DNA of 63,673 nt, counting the filler, from Chiloscyllium plagiosum (lineage: Eukaryota), in assembly GCF_004010195.1 (NCBI RefSeq). It is 4 parts of one record of this genome, joined end to end, with 100 filler letters (N's around TTAATTAATTAA, not from the genome) between each part and the next. Parts side by side here need not be neighbours in the genome. Positions count along the whole stretch, not along the records: positions 25,889 to 53,883 come from NC_057715.1; 3 more parts are not named here. One strand, written 5' to 3'. Below, one piece after another: positions 38,407 through 48,660 of the stretch. The notes under the pieces are model-generated. The model was not told the origin of the DNA. It saw only the letters and a list, made by a program, of their open reading frames with translations, and did no database searches. Positions within the stretch are counted from its first letter, which is position 1. Each line of letters opens with the position of its first letter. Position numbers and translations under genes: made by a program.

Positions 38407-39457
38407 TGAAATAACTGCACAGAGGATGGTTTGCAGTCACCAAGTCAATCTTTATTCACATATTCACAGTACACTGACATTACCAGCCAGCTCAGAGTCA
38501 GTGACCTGGACTGAGGAGATTCAAAACCCACTTTTCTTCCTTTTTTTAAAGTTGATTCATTCTCCAATTGTTCTGCTATTTTAATTTTTCTCCCTATTTC
38601 TTTCACTACTGTAAATGCACTTTTCGCTTTCTTCCCTATCATTTCTTTAACATACAGTTGGCTCGTTTTATTGCGTGTTTTTTCAACACAAATTGGCTTT
38701 GAAGAATTTAGACTATTATTTTTAGAATGCAAACTTTCCTTACCTGGATTGTTCATGACATGATTCAAGCCCCATTAGATTAAATGGTGCAGCTATTGGG
38801 CGATTTTTTCCTATAACGCAAGATTCCACGAGAACGGAACTATTGCATTATATCAAAACCAACTGTATTGAAATAACTGCACAGAGGCTGGTATTCAGTC
38901 ACCAAGTCACCCTTTATTTACTTATGCACAGTACACCAACTATGGCCAGCCAGCTCAGAGTCAGCCACCTGGACTGAGGAGTTTCTAAATCTCCTGGGTT
39001 TTTTTTGACATGTCCTTAAAGTAATTTATTTAGGAGGAACAGAAATATATAATGGAAAATAAGGTTACTAAATTAAACATCTTGAACTGTACAATGGATA
39101 ATTTTAAAGACATTACCAATATTGCATTAAGCATCCAATTCTAAATTGGTTTCACATTTCAAAATAGTTAATTTTAATTGGATATGTCTACAAGGAAGCA
39201 GCCATCATTAAATTAAAACCTGTTTATAAATGTTATAATTGTACTTGCCTCAACTGAAAGATCTCCAAAGAGGCCGGTATCCAGTCCCCAAATCACCCTT
39301 TACTTACACGCCGAGTGTCCTTGACACTGATCCAGCTCCCTCAGAGCCAAAATCTCCCGTTTATATTGGTGAGCTAGCGCTTTCTGCTTGAACAAAGTTA
39401 ACAACCGCCATCAAGGATTTCATAGCCAATAAGTTCCACCTGGTTCCAATCACCATA
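38407..39457 (-). mobile_element. Compound LTR-bounded insertion: three LTR segments plus captured sequence
   Basis: LTR pieces at 38407-38530, 38869-38998 and 39255-39457, homologous to 41011-41224 and 48012-48336. Flanks CTTTT and CTTGT. Confidence 0.65.
38655..38865. mobile_element. Tc1/mariner-type MITE, TA TSD
   Basis: TA-cagttggctcgttttattgc...gcattatatcaaaaccaactg-TA. Related to 44328-44519. Confidence 0.7.
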
Positions 39458-40699
39458 CTTGTAAATGTTGTTATTGTACCAGCCTGCACCAGTTCCTCTG
39501 GCAGCTCATTCCATACACACACCACCCTCTGCATGAAAGTGTTATTCCTTAGGTCCCTTTTAAATCTTTCCTCTCTCACCTTAAACCTATGCCCTCTAGT
39601 TTTGGACTCCCTGCCCTGGTGGAAACATCTTGTCTGCTCATTCGGTCCATGCCCCTCATGATTTTATAAACTTCCATAAGGTCGCCCCTCAGTCTGTGAC
39701 GCTTATGTTGGAATACATCAGACTTCAGTCACACAAGATGTGATCTGCAAATTTCACTCGATGAATGGCTCCACCCTTTTGTGTCTAAAAGGCTGATTGT
39801 TTCAAACTTCTGGCAACTACAAGATAGGGAAGGGAGAGTGGAGGCAAGTTAAGAGGGTGAGTAAGTTGACAGGGTGGATTGCACATCGCATGAATATTAC
39901 TGGAGGTGGTAGAGGAGGAAACAAAGGAAGGGAGAAGTGCTGGGGGAGCATTCTTGTGGTCCTGATAAAACCAGGAAACGAAAACAAATATTACTAACTC
40001 ACTTCTCCTTGGGAAGATCAGAAGGGGTAAAACATTCTGCTCCTTTTAATTTCTCTCCCTCAGAACTTCCTCAGAAGGAAGGAAGGGTGCGGGTGTTAAA
40101 ATTCAGGCTGTTGTTTAAACTCGTGTGTTCAAGATTTCTGCTCTCAAAATTCAAACTGAATAATACGTACATGATGTGGCTTTAGCTCTCAGACAATTTC
40201 CAGGGCCATTAATTATTACAGGTTAAAATAGTAGTCTGTCATTGGCTGCATACCATTTTACAAAGAAGGATATTGCTCCAGGCTTTGCATCAATCTTTCA
40301 CTGTGACACAAAATGACCTATAACACCACCAGGCAGAATTTTTCTTCCAATTTGCATTTACAAATCTTTTGGCAATGGTGGAGAAAACATAATCTGTATC
40401 AAATATAATGAGTTAGAAAGAGGAAGTATTCAGCAGGAAAATGCCTTGCTCAGTATAGTAGAAGCATAACTAATGTTTTAATGGCTGTTTTATTTTAGGC
40501 ATGTTTTAGCTATTAGTGTACTTGAGTTTTCAGATAGTTTTTTTTAATTTCAGAACTCATCTCATGTCATGCCTTCACAGCAATAGGAAGTTGATTTTTG
40601 TTTTCCAGACAGGATTGAGGACAGTTTGAAAATTATTAAGGGCCTTCCTCTTTACTAATGAAGCATGACCTTAGTGATTATCATAATGACGAAAATAAG

Positions 40700-41340
40700 A
40701 CTTGTATTTGTAAAACACCTTTACGTACTCAAGTTGTCGCACAGAGATTCACAACCAAAGTATTACTTCTGAAGCATACTTGGTGTAATTCAGAAAACAT
40801 GGCACCTAATCTCTGCATGATGAGGTCCTTAAAATAACACAGAAATAAATAACTAGATAATCTGTTTCAGATATCTGAGGGATAAATATTGGCCAGGAAT
40901 TTGAATGTCATTCTTCTGCTTTACCTCCAAATAGCTTCATGGGACTTTTAACAACCACGAGGCATAGAAAATTGAGCCATTATATAACATTTCAAACGAA
41001 AAGAGACACGGCAAGTGATTGGAATGAGGTGGACCTCATAGAATATGAGTGCCCACAGTGGGGTTGTTAATCTGGTCCAATCAGGGAGCCCTGGCTGACA
41101 GATATAAACAGGAGTGTCAGGGGTTCTGCTCACAGTTGGAGCCAGATCTGAGCATCATGTACTTTGCACGTGTAAATAAAGAGTGACTTGGTGATGGTAT
41201 ACTCAACTTGGGGGAGTTATCTCAGCCAACATTTCAGCATTCTTTCAGTATTTCATAGAAGTGTCGATCAGCCTAGAATAAACAACAGGCTAGATTGCAA
41301 ATCAAATGCATGATTTCTGATTCAAAGGAATCACCTGAAT
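40700..41340 (-). mobile_element. Old DeuSINE-like SINE interrupted by a solo LTR
   Basis: gagggataaatattggccagga...aatagcttcatgggactttta resembles the Deu-domain SINE body (from memory). Confidence 0.55.
41011..41224 (+). mobile_element. Short solo LTR
   Basis: CCAAT, TATAAA and AATAAA occur in order and the element ends ...gagttatctCA. Homologous to 48012-48336. Confidence 0.65.
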
Positions 41341-41944
41341 TGGAATAAATGCCTAAATAATTACCAATAATTGCATGACAGAGCAGGAGCTTTGGTTTTC
41401 TGATATCAGAAACCAATAAGTGAGTATTGTGATGGTTGAAGACATTTGTTCCACTAAGTCACAATGATGAGTCTGAATGTTTTCTTTAGATGCTTTTAAA
41501 TTGACCTCAATGGCATAATTAAAAAGAAAAATAAAACACTTTTGGACTATAACCAATTAACAGTTAATTTCTTGTCACACATGACTAAATTCAACCAAAA
41601 CAAGTCAAATTAAGATTTGTTTTTGTGCATTTTGATGCACTCAAGGTGTCATTCTTTAGAGGAAAATAGTTTACACCAATTATCTATGCATGATATTCAA
41701 TCAGTCTTTGGACATTGTATAAAATCTACATTTTACTTTAAGTAATTCAATCTTCATAGCTCCACAAGAAAGAAGATTTTGCAACTTCAGTGTAGATTAT
41801 TAATGACATTAAAGAAAGGAAGAGAAACAAAAAAAGGTAAAACTTGAATATTTCTCGAAAGTTGTTAAGATCTTTTGTCTTCCATTTACCAGTAGTGCTT
41901 ACAGTTCTCTATTCTTTTATCCAATGACAATGCCACAGAAAAGA

Positions 41945-42435
41945 TATATTGGCATTGGAGATGTCCAGAGAAGGTTCATTATGCTGATACCAGATACAGA
42001 AAGAGTGTCTTATGAGGAGAGGTTGAGTAGGTTGGATATGTATGCATTGGAGGTTAGAAGAGTGAGGTGTGATCTTATTTAAACATACAAGATTCTGAGG
42101 GGACTTGGAATGGTAGATACAGAGAGCTTGTTCCCCTTTGTGGGATAGTAGGGCAAGACAGTAATAATGGATTACACATTTAACAGAGAGATGAGGAAGA
42201 ATTCCTTCTCTCGGAGGGTAGCGAATCTAGGAATTCTTTCCTGCAGAGGGCTGTAAAAGCTTCATCGTTAAGCATATTCAAGGCTGAAATAGATTTTTAA
42301 TCAGTACAGGAACCAAGGTTTTGGGGAAAGGGCAGGAAAGTGGAGTTGAGGATTATCCGGTCAGCCATGCTGTCATGAATGGTGCAGCAGACTAGATGGA
42401 TTGAAGGCTTACTTTTGTCCTCTGTCTTATGGTCT
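41945..42435 (+). mobile_element. CR1 3' fragment
   Basis: Encodes KDILALEMS...SYEERLSRL, followed by a CR1 3'UTR. Confidence 0.8.
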
Positions 42436-43249
42436 CAACCAGCATCAGCATGTCAATCAATCAGCATCCATTTTCCCTGGAGTCTGTACTGTTGTAAGTT
42501 TTTGAAAACTTACATTCATGCATTTGACCTGAAGTGTGAAAAATGAATAGTTTTGCTAACATTTCTTTCTTAACAGTAATTGACAAGAAAGATTAATCTG
42601 TCACTGTTGCAATGAGATTTTTTGGATTTTTAATTTATTTATTAATTGACGGATTGTGGGGTTACTGGCTAGGAAAATATTAATTGTGAATCTTAATTGT
42701 TCTTGAGAACATGGTGGTAAATTTTCTTCTTGAATGCTTGCAAAGAATGCCCTTGTACAGACAGCAAGGGAGTTCCACTGTATTCCTGGCAGCAATGAAG
42801 GAACATGAAGGAGAACATGACCTACAAACAACACAAGGAACACATTTGATTTTGTGATTTCTGTTCAGAGATATTTGTGGGCATCTTAACTGCAGCTTAT
42901 ACTCAGTGGCAATGCTTAGATTATCCCTTGTAACATAAGAAGTTTGGAGATGTGTAATAATATTGAAAGATCCAACAAGCATTTATTACTGCATAGAAAT
43001 ATATACAAACATTTCATTCAAAAGCACCTCCATTTCTGGGTTAATATTAAGTTATTTAGTTGCAAACAGTCGCATGCTTCCATTAGCTGGTCTTGGTTCT
43101 AATGACCTCAGTTAAGTTGGAGCCTGAGATCTTTATACCTTTGGATCACATGCTATACAGCAGTGATTGCATCATCAGCATGTCTCTTAAAGGGATACTC
43201 TGTCTCTTAAAGGAAAGTTGGTATACTGACCATGGGGCATACCACAACA

Positions 43250-44690
43250 GGCTTGAATGTCAGTCAGCCTCTTCTCTGAAGAGGATCGATGAAGGCAGAA
43301 TGGTGGACCTTGTGTGTATGGACTTCTTGACAAGGTTCCATGTGGTAGATTGGTTAATAAGTTTAGATCACATGGAATACAGAGAGAATGAGTCATCAGA
43401 AAACAAAATGGCTCAAAGGTAGAAGACAGAGAGTAGTGGTGGAGGGTTGCTTTTTGGACTGGAGACCTGTGACCAGCAGTGTGCTGCAGGAATCAGTACT
43501 GGGTCCACTGCTTTTCATCATTTATATAAATGATTTGGGTATGAATATAGGAGGTATAGTTAATAAGTTTGCAGAAGACACAAAATTGATGGTATAATGG
43601 ACATCAGAAAAGGTTACCTTAGTTTACAAAGGGATCTTGATCAGATGGGCCAATGGCCCAATGGGCCAAAGAGTAGCAGATGGAGTTTAATTTTGATAAA
43701 TGGGAGTTGCTGCATTTTTCAATGGCAAATCAGGGTAGGACTTATACACTTAATGGTATGGTCCTGGGGAATGTTGCTGAACAAAGAGACCTTGGAGTGC
43801 AGGTTCATAGTTTCTTGAAAGTGGAGTTGCAGGTAGACAAGATAGTGAAGAAGGCGTTTGGTATGCTTGCCTTAATTGGACAAAGCATTGAGTAGAGGAG
43901 TTGGGAGGTCATGTTGCGGCTATACAGGACATCGGTTAGGCCACTTTTGGAATACTGCGTGCAATTCTGGTCTCACTGTTCCAGCAAAGGTATTGTGAAA
44001 TTGAAAGGATTCAGAAAGATTTACAAGAATGTTGCCCGGTTTGGACAGTTTAAGCTATAAGGAAAGCTTATGAAGGCTAGGGCTATTTTCTCTGAAGCTT
44101 CAGAAGCAGAGGAGTGATCTTATAGAAGTTTATAAAATCAGGAGGGGCATGGATAGGTGAATAGACAAGATCCTTTTCCCAAGATAGAGGAGTCCAGAGC
44201 TAGAGAGCATTGGTTTAAAGTGAGAGGTGAAAATTTAAAAGGGATCTGAGGGGAAACTTTTTCATGCAGAGGGTGTTGCGTGTGTGGAATGAGCTGCCAG
44301 AGGAAGTGATGTAAACTAATACAATTACAGGCCATTCTGCTATAATGCAACAGTTGTAGTCCTCTGCAACCTCCTGGGATAAAAAAAGTCATTCAATGGA
44401 AAACCCGCTGTAGAAGATCACTAACAGAAAGTCGTGTTATCCAAACAATGTCCACAATAGGTCAATTGTGTTGTAACCAATTCGCGCTGACAAAACACGT
44501 ATTATCGCAGCATGACCTATACAACATTTAAAAGGCATCTGGATAGTACATGGATAGTACAGGAAGGGTTTAGAGGCATATAAGCTAAGTGCTGGCAAAT
44601 GGGACTAGATTAGGTTAGGATAGCTGGTCAGCATGGACGAGTTGGACCGAAGGGTCTGTTTCTGTGCTGTACACCTCGATGACTCTATGT
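43250..44690 (+). mobile_element. CR1 LINE RT-to-3' end
   Basis: Encodes GRRQRVVVEGC...[15 protein letters not shown]...KFAEDTK and RDLGVQVH. Confidence 0.92.
44328..44519. mobile_element. Tc1/mariner-type MITE inserted in CR1
   Basis: TA-caggccattctgctataatgc...gtattatcgcagcatgaccta-TA. It splits the CR1 sequence acaatTA|caacattt. Confidence 0.8.
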
Positions 44691-45199
44691 TCTTTTGAGA
44701 ATACCACATAAGAACTCTTACAGCTATCTTACAGGCAGACAAGGCTGTGGCTTAATATTTCATCCATAGTGCAATGTTGCTTAAAGTCACTTAACATCAT
44801 CAGAACATAAGAACAGGAGTAAGCTATTCAGCCCCTCCAGCTTGTTCCACCATTCAATGGCTGATCTGTGGCCCAACTTCATATACTTGCTTTTGATCAA
44901 TATCCTTCAATGCCCTTGTTTAATGCAAAAACACTGATTAACAACTGATCCTGCATTCACTGCCATTTGTGGAATAGAATTCTAAATAGTTATTATCCTT
45001 TGTGTTTAGAAGTCATACTGGAGTGTCAGCTACTAGAAGATATACTCAAATATTTGTAACAAGCCTTGAACCCACATATATATATACATATTTTGATACT
45101 GATATTACCCATTGTTATGGATCTGTAGGAAGGGCAGTACATTCAAGCTTCTGCATAAAGTCTTTGCAAGACTGGTTTTGAAACAAACAATAGGAAATT

Positions 45200-45408
45200 C
45201 CTTAATGAAAACTGAAAGATCTGTGGATGCTGTAAATCAGAAATAAAAACAGAAGCTGCTGGAAAAGCTCAGCAGGTCTGGCAGCACCTGTGGAGAGAAA
45301 TCAGGGCTAACATTTTGACCCTCAGAAAGGTGATTGCACCCAAAATGTTAACTCTGATTTCTCTTCACAATTGCAGCTGAGCTTTTCCAGCAACTTCTGT
45401 GTTTGTTC
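45200..45408. mobile_element. PLE fold-back mini-element
   Basis: Arms acagaagctgctggaaaagctcagc and gctgagcttttccagcaacttctgt, with a degenerate hammerhead centre. Confidence 0.72.
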
Positions 45409-46679
45409 AAAAAAATCCCTCCTGTTCAGTTATTTCACTGGAAATACAGCAGAAAGTCCACTTTGCGGCACTACTGACTTTTTGTTTCCAGCCAAAAATA
45501 AAACAAAACTTTCCTTTAACAACCGCAAGGTTGATTACATAATATGAACTCTGCCTATCTGAATTATACCCAGTGTGCTACATGACAAACATTGGTGCAT
45601 AACCCTTCTTCATCCTTGTAAAGTACATCATATAGTGTCATCAGTGCTGGATCTAGCCAGCATCCTCACTGCAGGGTTGATTACGCAGTTGTAAAGTTTG
45701 TTCATAAAGCGTTTTTGTTGTTCGCAGCACCTTGGTGGCCTCAAGACTGTGATCTAATTACCTCACTTGAGTGGTTCTCTTGTCAGCAATGCAAATATGG
45801 CACCAGTGATGTCACTGCTATCTGTCTAATGTCGGTATTTGTTCTATCTTCCCCATGAGCAGTTTCACATACTGATTAATAGCTGCATCCCATTCCAGGC
45901 TTTAATTAAAAGCAATTAAAACAGCAGAGCCACAGGGCATAGCTGCTGCAGTGATAGAACTGCGGTTGTTCTTGTGGAAGGGAGATCAAGCCTTTGACAA
46001 TGTGGCATGAAATTATTTTTGCAGAGGGTTACACGTCTAGGCCACTTTATTTGTGCTGCTTGATAATTGCAGAGATTCATCTTCGAGGGATAAAATGAAA
46101 GAAACAGATGCATCATTCTCAAGTTATGTGAAGCAATATAGAATTAAGCTATAACCTTTTAAGCCGCATTAGTGTATTTCACAGGTGACAATGCTATTTT
46201 ATGTTTTGAAGTCCTATACTTGGGAATTTAAAATACATTATAATAACTAGTTCTTGGCTTGTGCATCATAAGTTTGGCAGTTACTACAAGCTGCCTTTGT
46301 AAAGAGCAAGCCTACCAATCTTACTCAAATTATGAAGCAATAGAACTTGACAAATTAATATGTTATGACCTTTGCCCACAGCAGAGACACAGATGTTATT
46401 ATAATGCAAGCCCTGGAATTTGGAACGTTCTCTCTGTCTGGGAATAGACCGGTTCTAGTGCATTGTGCTTTCGCATTACTGAGGTGTGAGCTGCCCCCTT
46501 TTGAGAGGAAAGTTTGTTACAGGTGGGCTGTACGTGATATGACAGCTCGAGTCATCAGGGGCATGCAAAATATTAGTGCTCTGGAGAGAACAGTGGGAAT
46601 TTGTGAAGAGCAGTGGACTGTAATGCCCAGTGTGAGCAAAGAAAGCTTCATTTCACAATCTGAAGGAGATAGATTCCTT

Positions 46680-47055
46680 CTACCTGACAGAATTATATAA
46701 AATTATGAGGGACATGCATATGGTGGATAGTGAGAGTCTTTTTCCCAGGGTGAAAATGTCAAATAGGAAGAGGCAAGGGTTTATGGAAAGAAGGGGAAAG
46801 TTTAAAGATGTGCCAGACAGTTTTTTTTAAACAAAAAGATTAGTAGGTATCTGGAAATTGCTGACCGTGGCAGTGGTAGAAGCAGATATGATAGCAACAT
46901 TTAAGAAGCATTCACACAAACACATGAACAGATAGGGAAAAGAGATATGAACCATGAGCAGGCGGGTGGGATTAGTTTTGAAATGGCATCATGACTGGCA
47001 CAGATATGGTGGGCCAAAGGGTCTCTTCCTGTGCTGTGGTGTTGTATGTTCTATG
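46680..47055 (+). mobile_element. CR1 3' fragment
   Basis: Encodes YKIMR...SLFPRV, followed by a CR1 3'UTR. Confidence 0.75.
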
Positions 47056-47210
47056 TTAGGAGAAAGTGAGGACTGCAGATGCTGGAGAGTCAGAGTTGAA
47101 AAGTGTGGCACTGGAAAAGACACAGCAGGTCAGGCATAAGCCCAAAACATTGACTGTCCTGCTCCTCGGATGCTGCCTGACCTGCTGAGTCTTTTCCAGT
47201 GCTCTATATT
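47056..47210. mobile_element. PLE fold-back mini-element
   Basis: Arms gcactggaaaagacacagcaggtcaggca and tgcctgacctgctgagtcttttccagtgc. Confidence 0.75.
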
Positions 47211-48011
47211 AGTTTACTTTGGTGGACAAGATTTTTAAATATTGTTCTTTTATTACCATTCTGTATTGTAGACTCTTCCTCTCCTAAAAGCTTTGTCTAG
47301 TAGCTACAGTGTGACTATTGTGTTAACAGGCATTCTCCGGTACCTTGCATAAGTGGCAGTTTGATGGATTTGGAGGAGATAGTGAGTACTGACATGCTAT
47401 TTTACCAGGATGAGCATCATAATTAAGTCTCAGTTGGTCAACTTATAATGTTGACACACAAGCCCTTTCAGCGGTGTGTGTGTGTCTGTGTATACACACA
47501 CATTTTGTAATCAGCTTGTACACAAATATTATCATGCAGACTTACAGACCTCCTGACCCAGAGTTGGGGACATTACCACTGTACCACAATAACGCTGCAT
47601 GTGTTAGAATGTGGTCACTTGAATGGTAGTGAGGAACTAGGAGGTAGTGAAGACTGCAGATGCTGGAGATCTTCAACCACATCCTGAAATAATCCTGTTT
47701 CCACAGCCATGTCTCCTTTCTTAGCACCTGCCTATGAAAGTGACTTATTTATCATGGACTCCAGACAATATTCAGATTGTCTCAGTTTGAACCAAACTGA
47801 GATAACTTTGATAGTTAGGAACAAAATGTTGGATCATTTCCACCTGCGAAATCCAATGTTCAGAGACCCATTACATTTCCTGATTGAGATCAGCTAATCA
47901 ACACAAGCTGGAGACCAAATTTGTGGGTTCTCTTGTCAGCATGGTACAGCCTTACACCAAATTTGTAAACCATTGTTTTCCCCCTAACTTTCTAGAATCA
48001 CTGAAGGTATA

Positions 48012-48336
48012 TGAAATAACTCAGCAGAGGCTGGTGTTCCATTACCAAGTCACCGTTTATGTATGCTTGCACTGTACATGGACTCACTAACTCAGACCCA
48101 GTTCCTACAATGAGACTCCTATCTATGACAGCCAGCCAAGCTTCTTGATTGACTCAGGTTAACAATTCCTCATTCGTGAAGAAGGGCTCATGCCCAAAAT
48201 GTCGATTCTCCTGCTCCTTGGATGCTGCCTGTCCTGCTGCGCTTTTCCAGCAACACATTTTCAGCTCAGGTTAACAATCCCAATCAGGGATCTTGTACTC
48301 AACGAGATCCACTTGGCCTTCATTCCAATCACGACA
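48012..48336 (-). mobile_element. Solo LTR with nested PLE insert
   Basis: The minus strand reads TGTCGTGATTGG...GAGTTATTTCA. Flanks GTATA and GAATA (4 of 5 match). Confidence 0.7.
48167..48264 (+). mobile_element. 98-bp hammerhead-bearing PLE insert with 14-bp TSD
   Basis: CTCAGGTTAACAAT at 48153-66 and 48265-78. Degenerate core gTGAAGA-A-GGGC tcat GCCC-aaaatGTC. Confidence 0.82.
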
Positions 48337-48360
48337 GAATAGAAACCTGGGATAAAGATT

Positions 48361-48660
48361 GGGCGGCACGGTGGCACAGTGGTTAGCACTGCTGCCTCAC
48401 AGCACCAGAGACCCGGGTTCAATTCCCGCCTCAGGCGACTGACTGTGTGGAGTTTGCACATTCTCCCTGTGTCTGCGTGGGTTTCCTCCCACAGTCCAAA
48501 GATGTGCAGGTCAGGTGAATTGGCCATGCTAAATTGTCCGTAGTGTTAGGTAAGGGGTAAATGCAGGGGTATGGGTGGGTTGCGCTTCGGCAGGTCGGTG
48601 TGGACTTGTTGGGCCGAAGGGCCTGTTTCCACACTGTAAAGTAATCTAATCTAATCTAAA
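48361..48660 (+). mobile_element. Young HE1-like V-SINE with intact Pol III boxes
   Basis: A box TGGCACAGTGG (48372-82), B box GGTTCAATTCC (48416-26), (TAATC)n tail, CpGs retained. Confidence 0.92.

Larger units (their letters stand above)
38250..39700 (-). mobile_element. Single CR1 3' fragment split by the 38407-39457 insertion
   Basis: ...acgcctttt (38406) and aaatgttgttattgtacc (39463) are contiguous in the unsplit copy at ~25036-25065 (gatgtcttttaaatggtgcagttgtac). Confidence 0.8.

Noticed and set aside
48361..48430. tRNA-like sequence with A and B boxes
   Set aside because: It is the head of a SINE and continues into the SINE body. It is not a tRNA gene.
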